From: Longimicrobiales bacterium
Lineage (GTDB): Bacteria > Gemmatimonadota > Gemmatimonadetes > Longimicrobiales > Gaopeijiaceae
DNA: 64,000 bases
NCBI GenBank assembly: GCA_965198065.1
Contig: CBDAON010000004.1
Coordinates: 2,016,001 to 2,080,000 of the forward strand
Reading direction: 5' to 3'
Within the stretch, counting starts at the first letter, position 1, and each line of letters starts with the position of its first letter. The position numbers and the translations under genes were made by a program. Shown here one piece after another: positions 9,990-19,604 of the stretch. The notes beneath the pieces were generated by a model that saw nothing but the letters and a program-made list of their open reading frames with translations, had not been told where the DNA came from and made no database searches.

Positions 9990-10490
9990 GTGAGTCCGAG
10001 GAGGCCACCGAAGCCCGTTCGGGACTCGCTACCGGGCCCGGTCAGGGAGCCGGTCGTCGAGAGGAGCGCCGGCGGGGTTGTTATCCGCACGCTCGACGGG
10101 AGCGTGCACGTTCTCCTCATCCGGGATCCCTATCGGAAGTGGGGCCTACCGAAGGGTCACCTGGAGGACGGGGAGGGGGCGGCGGATGCGGCGCTCCGCG
10201 AGGTGCGGGAGGAGACCGGGCTCGAGGACCTGGAGCTGGGCGCCGATCTGGGCGAGATCGACTGGACCTTCCGTCGCCGAGGGAAGAGGGTCCGCAAGCA
10301 CTGCCGGTTCTTCCTGATGGCTTCGGCTAAGAGTGAAGTGCGCCCGGAGATCTCGGAGGGGATCACTGAGTGCCGGTGGCTCCCCGTGGAGGAAGCACTG
10401 AGGACCGTGGATTACGACAACGCTCGAAGCATCCTTGAGAAGGGGGTGGAACGGGTGGGGTCCTCGGGAGCCGACGGCCCTTCTCCCTAG
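9990..10490 (+). CDS. NUDIX hydrolase (Ap4A hydrolase-like)
   Basis: SAGGVV and Nudix box PKGHLEDGEGAADAALREVREETG. Confidence 0.9.
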   Translation: MSPRRPPKPVRDSLPGPVREPVVERSAGGVVIRTLDGSVHVLLIRDPYRKWGLPKGHLEDGEGAADAALREVREETGLEDLELGADLGEIDWTFRRRGKRVRKHCRFFLMASAKSEVRPEISEGITECRWLPVEEALRTVDYDNARSILEKGVERVGSSGADGPSP

Positions 10491-10553
10491 TAGGTCCTTG
10501 GGGTGGGCCCGCGCGGGGTACACGTTGGGCCGGCGCGGGTGTATCCTTACCCC

Positions 10554-10750
10554 GTGAGCGGCGAGTCCGGAGACCCGAAGGACACTACGATCTTGGGCGG
10601 GATCGCCGAGATCTGCGGGAGCGGAAAGGTCGAGCGACGGGCTTCGCCGGGGCCGCCGTCGCGGTGAACAACGCGGTGCACCGGGTCGACCCGAAGGCGT
10701 GGGTCAATCCGGGGCACTCCGCGAACATGAAGATCTTCTCGGACAAGTGA
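10554..10750 (+). pseudogene. Internally deleted ferredoxin-NADP reductase (YumC/TrxB-like) remnant
   Basis: N-terminal MSGESGDPKDTTILGG joined across a frameshift to [35 protein letters not shown], which resembles the YumC-type C-terminus. Confidence 0.6.
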
Positions 10751-10766
10751 CCGGGCGCGACCGACA

Positions 10767-11780
10767 GTGGAAACACCGATCGAGAACGTGGTGATCGTGG
10801 GATCCGGGCCCGCGGCTTGGACGGCGGCGACGTACGCAGCCCGGGCGCGGCTCGATCCCCTCGTGTTAGAGGGCGCCCCTTCTCGCGAGATGGTTCCCGG
10901 CGGACAGCTCATGTTCACGACCGAGGTCGAGAACTATCCCGGTTTCCCCGACGGCGTGGACGGGCAGTCGCTCATGCGATCCATGCGCGCCCAGGCCGAA
11001 CGCTTCGGGACGCGCACGATCACCGACGATATCGTGGAGCTGGACGCGAGTCGGCGTCCATTCGTGCTCCGCTCTGCGGAGGGCGAGGAAGTGCAGGCCC
11101 GGGCGGTCATCGTGGCGACGGGGGCCCGAGCAAACTGGCTGGGACTCGAAAACGAGCAGCGCCTCGCCCAGACGGGCGGTGGGGTATCGGCCTGCGCCGT
11201 CTGCGACGGCGCTCTGCCGGCGTTTCGGGATCAGGTGCTCGCCGTCGTGGGGGGCGGAGACAGCGCGATGGAGGAGGCCACCTACCTGGCGAAGTTCGCC
11301 AGGGAGGTGGTGGTTATCCATCGGCGCGATTCGTTACGGGCGTGCTCCATCATGGAGGAGCGGGTGCTCGGGAACGAGAAGATCCGGGTCGAGTGGGACA
11401 CGGTCGTGACGGACGTGCTGGGGGACGACTTCGTGACCGGCGTCCGGGTGAAGAACGTGAAGACCGGGGAGGAGCGGGTGCTCGAGGTCGGCGGCCTGTT
11501 CATGGCGATCGGGCACACGCCGAACACGGCCTTCTTGGACGGAGTGGTGAGGTTGGACGAGACGGGGTACGTCCTGACCGCCAAGCCGTGGCGCACCGAG
11601 ACGAGCGTCCCCGGGATCTTCGCGGCGGGCGACGTTATGGACTCGTTCTACCGGCAGGCGGTCACGGCCGCCGGGACCGGCTGCATGGCGGCGCTCGAGG
11701 CCGAGCGCTGGCTGGAGCACGGGGCGGGCGCTGAAGAGAGGAACGAGGCTCTTGCCGGTCGGGCCGTGGCAGGGTCCTGA
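10767..11780 (+). CDS. trxB: Thioredoxin-disulfide reductase
   Basis: [51 protein letters not shown]. Confidence 0.96.
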   Translation: METPIENVVIVGSGPAAWTAATYAARARLDPLVLEGAPSREMVPGGQLMFTTEVENYPGFPDGVDGQSLMRSMRAQAERFGTRTITDDIVELDASRRPFVLRSAEGEEVQARAVIVATGARANWLGLENEQRLAQTGGGVSACAVCDGALPAFRDQVLAVVGGGDSAMEEATYLAKFAREVVVIHRRDSLRACSIMEERVLGNEKIRVEWDTVVTDVLGDDFVTGVRVKNVKTGEERVLEVGGLFMAIGHTPNTAFLDGVVRLDETGYVLTAKPWRTETSVPGIFAAGDVMDSFYRQAVTAAGTGCMAALEAERWLEHGAGAEERNEALAGRAVAGS

Positions 11781-11832
11781 CGGGTCGCCGGGCCTCGGGG
11801 CCGTCGATCCCGAGGCGGTCGCAGGAAGTGGT

Positions 11833-12597
11833 TCAGCTTCCGAGCATTCGCCCGCCGTCTACCACGATCACCTCTCCGGTGATGAATGGCGACCGCTCGA
11901 GGAAGAGGATCGTGCGGACGACGTCGTCGGGAGATCCCAGCGTTCCCAGGGCGCTTCGCTCCCTGGACCCGCGATGCGCGTCCTCGTCGTAGCTCTCCGG
12001 AAGGAGGACCGCGCCAGGCGCGACCGCGTTCACGCGCACGGCGGGCGCGAGAGCCTGCGCCATGACCCGGGTGAGGTGGAGGAGCCCGGCCTTGGAGACC
12101 GCGTGATGCGGATTCTCCACCCACGGCTGGAATGCGGACAGGTCGATGAGGTTCACAACCCGTCCGTTCGCCTCGGTGAGCAGATCCGCCATAGCCTTGA
12201 CCATGAGGAACGGCCCCTTGAGGTTCACGGCCATTACCCGGTCCCACTCACGCTCCTGAACGTCCAATAAGGGGGCGCTCTGAAAGAGCGAGGCGTTGTT
12301 CACAAGCAGGTCGAGGCGTCCGAGCTCGTCGCGAAGACGCTGGGAGATGGCCTCGATATCCTCCGCGACGGCCACGTCGCCGCGTACCACGAGCGCCACA
12401 CGCCCGAGCTCCCGGACGCTATCGGCTACGGCCCGAGCCTCCGCGGCGGACGTGTGGTAGACGATCACCACGTCGTAGCCGGCCTCGGCGAGGCCTAGCG
12501 TGATGGCACGACCCACGCGGACGGCCCCGCCCGTGATGAGAGCGACCTTCTGCACCCGGTCGGTCCTCCAGTGCAATTGGGGGGGGCCACGACGCAT
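11833..12597 (-). CDS. SDR of pteridine reductase/FolM type (start probably near 12555)
   Basis: TGGAVRVG (PTR1/FolM-like Arg in the cofactor motif), LVNNASLF, LAPAVRVNAVAPG. Confidence 0.8.
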   Translation of the reverse strand: MRRGPPQLHWRTDRVQKVALITGGAVRVGRAITLGLAEAGYDVVIVYHTSAAEARAVADSVRELGRVALVVRGDVAVAEDIEAISQRLRDELGRLDLLVNNASLFQSAPLLDVQEREWDRVMAVNLKGPFLMVKAMADLLTEANGRVVNLIDLSAFQPWVENPHHAVSKAGLLHLTRVMAQALAPAVRVNAVAPGAVLLPESYDEDAHRGSRERSALGTLGSPDDVVRTILFLERSPFITGEVIVVDGGRMLGS

Positions 12598-12678
12598 TGA
12601 CGCCGCCCCGTGTCCCTCTTCCCGCGGCTCCGCGGGCCTTCAAGGTATCCGGCGGCCTGGACTCGAGGGAGGGCGCCC

Positions 12679-13404
12679 GTGAGCCGGCACGGTCCTTCGA
12701 TTGCCGTCATCACGGGAAGCACCCGAGGGATCGGACGGGCCATTGCGGAGACTCTCGTCCGGAGAGGGGATCGGGTCGTGGTGTCGGGGCGGAAGGCCAG
12801 GGACGCGGAGAGGGTGGCGAAGGAGCTCACGGCCGTGGGTGCGGGGGAGGCTGTAGGGATCGGCTGCGACGTTCGAAACGCCGTCCAGTGTCAGAAGCTC
12901 ATCGCCGGTGTGGTGGAGTGCTTCTCCGGACTGGACGTGCTCGTGAACAATGCCGGGCTCGGACGCTTCGCGAAGGTCCACGAGATGAAGCTCGAGGATT
13001 GGGACGCCCAGATCCGAACGAACCTGGACGGCGTCTTCCACTGCTCGAAGGCGGCCGTGCCCCATCTCATCGAGCGTGGGGGCGGGTGGATCGTGAACAT
13101 CGGGTCCCTCGCCGGGAGGAACGCCTTCTCGGGCGGGGCGGCTTACAACGCCAGCAAGTGGGGGCTTCTGGGCCTGTCGGAGGCCATGATGCTGGATCTC
13201 CGCCACGACGGGATCCGCGTGACGTGCGTCATGCCTGGGAGCGTGAGGACGGGGTTTTCCCCCGGGGGCGAGGACTCTTCGGACGCGTGGAAGCTCGCGC
13301 CCGAGGACGTCGCGCGGGTGGTCGTGGACCTCCTGGCCTTCCCTCCCCGAGCCCTTCCCAGCAAGATCGAGATCCGACCCAGTCGGCCTCCGCAGAGGAC
13401 CTAG
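12679..13404 (+). CDS. Short-chain dehydrogenase/reductase
   Basis: TGSTRGIG, NNAG, YNASK; GTG at 12679 within ORF 12610..13404. Confidence 0.88.
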   Translation: MSRHGPSIAVITGSTRGIGRAIAETLVRRGDRVVVSGRKARDAERVAKELTAVGAGEAVGIGCDVRNAVQCQKLIAGVVECFSGLDVLVNNAGLGRFAKVHEMKLEDWDAQIRTNLDGVFHCSKAAVPHLIERGGGWIVNIGSLAGRNAFSGGAAYNASKWGLLGLSEAMMLDLRHDGIRVTCVMPGSVRTGFSPGGEDSSDAWKLAPEDVARVVVDLLAFPPRALPSKIEIRPSRPPQRT

Positions 13405-13510
13405 TGGAGTGTAACCGGCCGTTCATCGGATGCGGGCCACTGGGGATGCAGAGCACCCCCGGGGGGATCGCTTGGCCGGGCCCGCCCATCCAACCACGGA
13501 GATCGAGCGG

Positions 13511-14914
13511 ATGATCGAGGAATTCCGGATCGAGAGGGACTCGCTGGGAGAGGTGAAGGTCCCTAAGCTGGCCCTCTACGGAGCGCAGACCCAGAGGGCC
13601 GTCGAGAACTTCCCGATCAGCGGCCGACGCTTCGGGCGCCGGATGATCGAGGCGCTCGGAATCGTGAAGCAGGCTGCCGCGCTCACGAACGCCGAGCTCG
13701 GGCTTCTAGACCGGGGCGTGGCGGACGTGATCGCCGAGGCTGCGGCGCAGGTCGCCCGCGGCGACTGGGACGACGAGTTTCCCGTCGACGTATACCAGAC
13801 GGGCTCTGGCACCTCGTCCAACATGAACGCGAACGAGGTGATGGCCCGGCTCGCCACGCAGGGGCTCGGCGTAGAGGTCCACCCGAACGATCACGTCAAC
13901 TTCGGGCAGTCGTCGAACGACGTGATCCCGACGGCGATCCACATAGCCGCTCGGCTCACCGTAGAACGGGACCTCCTCCCCGCCCTGGGGGAGCTGCACG
14001 ACGCGCTGGCGGAGAGGGCCGCCGAGCTCGATCACGTGGTCAAGTCGGGGCGCACGCATCTCATGGATGCCACGCCGGTCCGGCTCGGGCAGGAGTTCGG
14101 TGGTTATGCGGCCCAAGTCGCCCACGGGATGGGTCGCCTGCGGCTCGCGTCGGGCGAGTTGGGCGAGCTGGCGCTCGGAGGAACCGCCACCGGCACCGGG
14201 ATCAACACGCATCCCGACTTCGCTAGGGGGGCGATCCAGCTGATCTCGGAGCAGACGGGCCTCTCGTTCCGGGAGGCCGAGAACCACTTCGAGGCTCAGG
14301 GGGGACGCGACGCCCTCGTGCACGCCCACGGTGCGCTGAACACGGTGGCGGTGAGCCTCATGAAGATCGCGGACGACGTCCGCTGGCTCGCCTCCGGGCC
14401 GACCTCCGGGCTCTCGGAGATCTTCCTCCCCGCCGTGCAGCCCGGAAGCTCGATCATGCCCGGAAAGGTGAACCCCGTCCTCTCGGAGGCCCTCATGATG
14501 GTTGCGGCGCGGGTGGCCGGGAACCAAACGACACTCACAATCGCGGGGGGGCGCGGAAACTTCGAGCTGAACGTGATGATGCCGGTCATGATCCAGTCCT
14601 TCCTTGAGTCCGCGGAGCTACTCGCCAGGGCGGCGCGCGCGTTCACGGAAAAGTGCGTAAAGGGGATCCGGGCGAACGAGCCTCGGGCGCGTGAGCTCCT
14701 CGAGCGCAACCCAGCCATCGCGACGGCCCTGAATCTCCACATCGGCTACGACAAGGCCGCCGAGGTCGCTAAGCGGGCGGCTCAGGAGGGCCGTTCCGTC
14801 CGTGACATCGTGCTCGAGCTTGGGATCCTGGATCCGTCGCTCGTGGACGAGGCTCTGGACGTGCGAAGGATGACCGAGCCCGGCGTCGGGAACGGTGGTG
14901 GGGGTGGGAGCTGA
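13511..14914 (+). CDS. fumC: Class II fumarate hydratase
   Basis: [44 protein letters not shown]. Confidence 0.95.
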   Translation: MIEEFRIERDSLGEVKVPKLALYGAQTQRAVENFPISGRRFGRRMIEALGIVKQAAALTNAELGLLDRGVADVIAEAAAQVARGDWDDEFPVDVYQTGSGTSSNMNANEVMARLATQGLGVEVHPNDHVNFGQSSNDVIPTAIHIAARLTVERDLLPALGELHDALAERAAELDHVVKSGRTHLMDATPVRLGQEFGGYAAQVAHGMGRLRLASGELGELALGGTATGTGINTHPDFARGAIQLISEQTGLSFREAENHFEAQGGRDALVHAHGALNTVAVSLMKIADDVRWLASGPTSGLSEIFLPAVQPGSSIMPGKVNPVLSEALMMVAARVAGNQTTLTIAGGRGNFELNVMMPVMIQSFLESAELLARAARAFTEKCVKGIRANEPRARELLERNPAIATALNLHIGYDKAAEVAKRAAQEGRSVRDIVLELGILDPSLVDEALDVRRMTEPGVGNGGGGGS

Positions 14915-14940
14915 GCGCAGCTCCACCGGGGAGTCGGGCC

Positions 14941-15819
14941 ATGGCCGCGGAGGGCGGCGGTCCGGTCGGCAGCGACGAGCTGGGCGCGCACGTCTCGGTC
15001 GAGGGCGGGGTCTGGAACGCTCCGGAGCGCGCCCGGGCCATCGAGTCGGTGAACTTCCAGATGTTCACGAAGCAGCCGAACCGGTGGCAGGAGCCCGAGG
15101 TGTCGGAGGAGGAAGTCGAGCGTTTAGGGGAGGCCAGGCGGGAATGGGGAATCCGCACGGTCGCGTCCCACGACTCCTACCTGATCAACCTCGCGAGCCC
15201 GGACCCGAAGCTCTGGAAGCGGAGCGTGGGCGCGTTTCGACGCGAGCTCGTCCGGTGCGTGCAGCTCGGGGTGGACGTGCTCGTAACCCACCCCGGGAAC
15301 GCCACGGACGGGGACCTGCCGAGCGGCGTGGCCCGGAATGCGGAGGGCGTGGCCCGCTCGCTCGAGGAGGTCGAAGGCCCTACGCGCGTCCTCCTCGAGA
15401 TCACGGCGGGGTCCGGGACGTCGGTGGGCGGGAGCTTCGAGGCCCTGACGGAGATCATCGAGAGGATTTCCCCCGCCCAGCGGCATCGCCTGGGCATTTG
15501 CTTCGATACCTGCCACGCCTACTCGGCGGGGTACGATCTGGTCGGCGACTACGACGGCGTGTGGACGCGCTTTGGGGACGTCGTCGGGATGGAGCGCCTC
15601 GGCCTCTTCCACCTAAACGACTCGAAGCATCCCCTGGGCTCGCACAAGGACCGCCACGAGCACATCGGCGAGGGCACGCTCGGTGACGAGCCGTTCCGTG
15701 GGATCATGAACGACGCAAACTTCGACGGGATCACCAAGCTCCTCGAGACCCCGAAGGGTGACGATCCGGTCGTGACCGACCTCCGGAACCTGAACCGACT
15801 GAGGGGCTATCGGACGTAA
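14941..15819 (+). CDS. nfo: Endonuclease IV
   Basis: LGAHVS, HDSYLINLAS, CFDTCH, HLNDSK, DRHEHIGEG, LETPK. Confidence 0.95.
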   Translation: MAAEGGGPVGSDELGAHVSVEGGVWNAPERARAIESVNFQMFTKQPNRWQEPEVSEEEVERLGEARREWGIRTVASHDSYLINLASPDPKLWKRSVGAFRRELVRCVQLGVDVLVTHPGNATDGDLPSGVARNAEGVARSLEEVEGPTRVLLEITAGSGTSVGGSFEALTEIIERISPAQRHRLGICFDTCHAYSAGYDLVGDYDGVWTRFGDVVGMERLGLFHLNDSKHPLGSHKDRHEHIGEGTLGDEPFRGIMNDANFDGITKLLETPKGDDPVVTDLRNLNRLRGYRT

Positions 15820-15830
15820 TCCGATTTCGT

Positions 15831-15860
15831 TTGCGTCTGCGGCACGGGCGTTTCTATATT
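15831..15860 (+). promoter_or_regulatory. Sigma70-type promoter upstream of the pterin cluster leader
   Basis: TTGCGT-18 nt-TATATT, an AT-rich spot in a very GC-rich context. Confidence 0.55.
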
Positions 15861-15865
15861 GGCAG

Positions 15866-16066
15866 TCCGGTCGTGCCGGAGGCTCCAGGATTGAGCCAAC
15901 ACAAGAGAAGCCGGGACCGACTCCTGGGACGGACGTCCTGCCCCTGACGGGGACTTCGGAAGCTCCGGGGAAGTCACCAGAGAATTGCGACCCGGGCTTC
16001 GATCTCTTCCTCCGGTGCGCCCGTTTGGGGCCGACATCCCTCGGGGTGCCGGCCCTTCTTGTTGTG
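15866..16066 (+). ncRNA. Putative structured RNA or attenuator leader of unknown class
   Basis: Two small 5' hairpins, long-range complementarity between about 15897 and 16066, and a 3' terminator-like hairpin followed by a T-rich run. Confidence 0.4.
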
Positions 16067-16192
16067 TGCGCGGTGTCGTGCACGCGCCTGACGCGCGGTC
16101 GGCGGCGAGGCACGCGCCCCCCCCGGGGGGGATCCCACGGTCGGGACCGATCCTACCGGGCGGGGGTAGGGGACCGCTCGATCCGGAGAACC

Positions 16193-16609
16193 ATGCCACG
16201 CGTACGGGTGACCCGTCGACTCACGTTCTCGGCCGCGCACCGGCTGCACCGCGCCCACTGGAGCGAGGCCCGGAACCGGGAGGTGTTCGGGAACTGCTCC
16301 AACCCGAACTGGCACGGCCACAACTACGAGCTGGACGTGACGGTCGAAGGAGAGGTGGACGCGGAGACGGGGTACGTCTTCGACCTGAAGCGGCTGAAGG
16401 AGCTGGTGGAGAGCCGCATCGTCTCCGATCTGGACCACAGGAACCTGAACGTCGAGGTCCCGTGGATGGCTGGCGTGAACCCGTCCACGGAGAATCTGGT
16501 CGTGGCGATCTGGGAGCGGCTCGCGCCGGCGCTCCCAGCCGAGGTCAGCCTCAAGCGCCTCGTCCTCAGAGAGACCTCCAGCAACTCGGTGGAATATGAA
16601 GGCACGTGA
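16193..16609 (+). CDS. 6-pyruvoyl-tetrahydropterin synthase, type II (animal-like)
   Basis: [18 protein letters not shown] (C-x5-HGH), LDHRNLN, STENL. Confidence 0.88.
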   Translation: MPRVRVTRRLTFSAAHRLHRAHWSEARNREVFGNCSNPNWHGHNYELDVTVEGEVDAETGYVFDLKRLKELVESRIVSDLDHRNLNVEVPWMAGVNPSTENLVVAIWERLAPALPAEVSLKRLVLRETSSNSVEYEGT

Positions 16610-17228
16610 AGACACGCTGAGCCTCGCCGTTCCGGAGCCGGAGACGCCCTTCCTGGCGGATGTCCCTTTGCCCCAGCTCGTGCGAGAGCTGATTCGACGC
16701 CTCGGCGACGACCCGTCGAGAGCCGGGCTGCTCCGCACGCCCGAGCGGGTGGCGGAGTCCCTCGCCTTCCTCACGCAGGGGTACGGCCTGTCTCCGCGGG
16801 AAATCGTGCAGGATGCTCTTTTCGAGGAGCACCACCACAACATGGTGATCGTGAAGGACATCGAGATGTACTCCCTCTGCGAGCATCATCTGCTGCCGTT
16901 CTTCGGGAAGGTGCACGTGGCGTATATCCCCGACGGCCGCATCCTGGGCCTGTCCAAGATCGCCCGGCTCGTGGAGGTATTCGCCCGTCGGCTGCAGGTG
17001 CAGGAGCGTCTCACCGAGCAGGTTGCCCAGAGCCTCTGGGAGGTGGTCGAGCCACTGGGTGTCGGCGTGGTGGTCGAGGCGTACCACCTCTGCATGATGA
17101 TGCGGGGCGTACAGAAGCAGAACTCCTACACGATCACGTCGGCCGTTCGGGGCGCGTTTCTGGAGGATGCGCGCACCCGCGACGAGTTCCTGAGGCTCTG
17201 TCAGAGCGAGCGCCGTCCTCTTGGTTAG
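16596..17228 (+). CDS. folE: GTP cyclohydrolase I
   Basis: [45 protein letters not shown]. Confidence 0.97.
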   Translation: MKAREDTLSLAVPEPETPFLADVPLPQLVRELIRRLGDDPSRAGLLRTPERVAESLAFLTQGYGLSPREIVQDALFEEHHHNMVIVKDIEMYSLCEHHLLPFFGKVHVAYIPDGRILGLSKIARLVEVFARRLQVQERLTEQVAQSLWEVVEPLGVGVVVEAYHLCMMMRGVQKQNSYTITSAVRGAFLEDARTRDEFLRLCQSERRPLG

Positions 17229-17235
17229 TGGCTCC

Positions 17236-17967
17236 ATGTCGGCTGATGCTCCCGCGCCACACGCCCCCGGGGCGCGGCGGGCGCTCGTCACCGGAGCGAC
17301 GGGCGGGATCGGAGGCGCGGTGGCCCGAGCCCTGGCTGGGCGCGGGTATCGGACTGGGTTGGTCGCGAGACGCGAGGGGCCGCTCCTGGCGCTTGCGGAG
17401 GAGCTCGGAGGGATTCCGATTCCGTGCGACGTCTCGGATCCGGATCAGGTCGCCGTTGCGGTTGGCCGGTTCGAGGAGGAGGCCGGCGGTCCCCCGGAGC
17501 TGGTCGTGAGCGCGGCGGGCGCGTTCTCGATCCAGGGCGTCCACGAGCTGACGCCCGTGGAGCTCCACCGGAACCTGTCGGTCAACCTGGAGGGAAGCAT
17601 CCTTTTCGCTCGCGCCGTCCTGCCGGCGATGAGGAAGGCACAGCGTGGAATCCTGATCCACGTCGGGTCGGTGGCGGGACGGCGGCCGTTCCCCGGGAAT
17701 GCGGCCTACGCTGCGTCGAAGCACGGGCTCCGCGGGTTCCACGAGGTCCTTCGGCTGGAGCTCACGGGGAGCGGAGTGCGGGTCACCCTCCTCGAGCCGG
17801 CGGCGACGGACACGCCGTTTTGGGATCCCATCGATCCGGACTCGGACGACGAGCTGCCGGGCCGGTCCCGGATGCTCCGGCCCGAGGACGTGGCGGACGC
17901 GGTACTCTTCGTGGCGGAGCGTCCGGACGGCGTTCAGATCTCCTACCTTTCGATCGAAAGGGTCTGA
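17236..17967 (+). CDS. NADP-type SDR (candidate sepiapterin-reductase-like)
   Basis: TGATGGIG, VARR, YAASK; lies between folE and queD. Confidence 0.8.
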   Translation: MSADAPAPHAPGARRALVTGATGGIGGAVARALAGRGYRTGLVARREGPLLALAEELGGIPIPCDVSDPDQVAVAVGRFEEEAGGPPELVVSAAGAFSIQGVHELTPVELHRNLSVNLEGSILFARAVLPAMRKAQRGILIHVGSVAGRRPFPGNAAYAASKHGLRGFHEVLRLELTGSGVRVTLLEPAATDTPFWDPIDPDSDDELPGRSRMLRPEDVADAVLFVAERPDGVQISYLSIERV

Positions 17968-17969
17968 CG

Positions 17970-18386
17970 ATGTACACGGTGAGCGTCCAGGCCCACTACG
18001 ACGCGGCGCACTTCCTCCGCAACTACGAGGGAAAGTGTGAGCGCCTCCACGGCCACCGGTACGTGGTCGAAGCGGCCGTCCGGACGCCCCGACTGAACAA
18101 ATCCGGCATCGCCATCGACTTCGTGGAGTTGAAGCGCCACCTGCGGGCTTTGGCGGAGGAGCTCGACCACCGGAACCTCAACGACCTCTCGCAGTTCGAG
18201 GGTCAGGAAACGAGCGCGGAGAATCAGGCCCGCTACTTCTTCGATGCCCTGAAGGCTCTCCTCCCCCCGGATCTGGCCGGCGGGCTAGCGTATACCCGGG
18301 TCTGGGAGACCCCCACCCAGTGGGCGCAGTACAGCCCGCTTCCAGCCTCGCCCTCTCCTGAAGGCGGCGCTTCGGGGCCGTCCTGA
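17970..18386 (+). CDS. queD: 6-carboxytetrahydropterin synthase (PTPS-I)
   Basis: YDAAHFLRNYEGKCERLHGHRY (C-x3-HGH), LDHRNLND, SAEN, VWET. Confidence 0.88.
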   Translation: MYTVSVQAHYDAAHFLRNYEGKCERLHGHRYVVEAAVRTPRLNKSGIAIDFVELKRHLRALAEELDHRNLNDLSQFEGQETSAENQARYFFDALKALLPPDLAGGLAYTRVWETPTQWAQYSPLPASPSPEGGASGPS

Positions 18387-18423
18387 GACGGCGGGGGCGG
18401 TCACGTGGAGCGACCCCTGGACC

Positions 18424-19053
18424 ATGCACCTCCTGGTCACGGACCGTCTGACCTGCGTTCGCTGCGGCCCCACGTTCGGACTGGTGCTCGTGGCGGACGA
18501 TCTCCGGGACCGTCGCCTGCTCGAGGGATTTCTCGGGTGCTCGAACTGCCGGGACCGGTACCCGGTCCAGGGTGGGTTCGGCGACCTCAGGCCCGCGCCC
18601 AGACGGGCCCTTGGGTCCGAGCCGCTCGAGAGCCCGCCGGATCCGGAAGGGGCGCTCAGGCTCGCGGCGCTCCTCGGGGTGAGAGAGGGGCCGGGTCTCC
18701 TCCTGCTTACCGGCTCTTCGGTACGGCAGGCCCTGGGCGTGGCGGAGCTGGTCGAGGGGATCGAGGTGGTGGCGGTGCACCCCGGCCTCTTCGGCGACGA
18801 AGAGATGCCCGGCGTGTCCCGGATTGTGTGCGGTAAGGGCCTGCCCTTCTTCTCGGGAAGCCTGCGGGGAGCGGTGGTGGAGGGCCCGTGGCCAGCCGAC
18901 GGCGTTCGAGAGGCGATCCGGGTTCTCGCTCCCGGAGCCCGCCTGGTCTGGCTGGATGCGCCGGCCGGCTCCATCGAGGGCCTGGAAGCGGCCGGGATCG
19001 AGCTCCTGATGGAAGCCGATTCCGTGCTGGTCGGGGCCCGGAAGTCGCCGTAA
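18424..19053 (+). CDS. Trm112-like zinc-ribbon fused to a degenerate methyltransferase-like domain
   Basis: LTCVRC...EGFLGCSNCRDRYPVQGG Trm112 pattern; LPFFSGSLRGAV and EAIRVLAPGARL resemble class I MTase motifs. Confidence 0.65.
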   Translation: MHLLVTDRLTCVRCGPTFGLVLVADDLRDRRLLEGFLGCSNCRDRYPVQGGFGDLRPAPRRALGSEPLESPPDPEGALRLAALLGVREGPGLLLLTGSSVRQALGVAELVEGIEVVAVHPGLFGDEEMPGVSRIVCGKGLPFFSGSLRGAVVEGPWPADGVREAIRVLAPGARLVWLDAPAGSIEGLEAAGIELLMEADSVLVGARKSP

Positions 19054-19166
19054 TCGCATCCCCTTCGACACGCCCCCCCCTTCGCCCGACCCCCCTGTAC
19101 TTATTCGGCGACCTGCTAGTACTTTCGACCACGCCGCGGAATCCTTCCCTCGCCGTCCGGAAATCC

Positions 19167-19604
19167 ATGGCCTGGTGGAAGAAGCTCCTTGGACGGGGCA
19201 ACGAATCCGAGAAGGTCGATTACTACGAAGAGGGCCTCGCCCTGATGAAAGAGGGGAGGTTCCACGACGCACTCACGTCCTTCCGACTCGCCCTGAAGGA
19301 GTCTCCCGGGGACGCTGTAGTGCTCCAGCAGATTGCGATCGCGTACACGAGGATCGGGATGACGGAAGAGGCCACGAAGACGTATCGCCATGTCCTCCAG
19401 AGGGATCCCGACGCGGCGGGGGCCCACTACGGGCTCGCCTACCTCCTGCTCCGGCGGGGTGAGGAGGGCGAGGCCGTCGAGCACTTGGAGGCCTTCCTGT
19501 CGAACCCGCCCAGGGGACCGGAGGCGGGGGAGCACGTCTCCCACGCGCGCGCGACCCTGACAGAGCTCCGAAGTGAGGCCGACCCCTACCCGCCCAAGCG
19601 ATGA
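19167..19604 (+). CDS. Tetratricopeptide repeat protein
   Basis: Three TPR-like helical repeats (YYEEGLAL..., VLQQIAIAY..., AHYGLAYL...). Confidence 0.85.
   Translation: MAWWKKLLGRGNESEKVDYYEEGLALMKEGRFHDALTSFRLALKESPGDAVVLQQIAIAYTRIGMTEEATKTYRHVLQRDPDAAGAHYGLAYLLLRRGEEGEAVEHLEAFLSNPPRGPEAGEHVSHARATLTELRSEADPYPPKR

Noticed and set aside
15866..16066. SRP RNA (two 5' hairpins resemble an Alu domain)
   Set aside because: No helix-8 motif of the CAGG-GRAA-AGCA type is present
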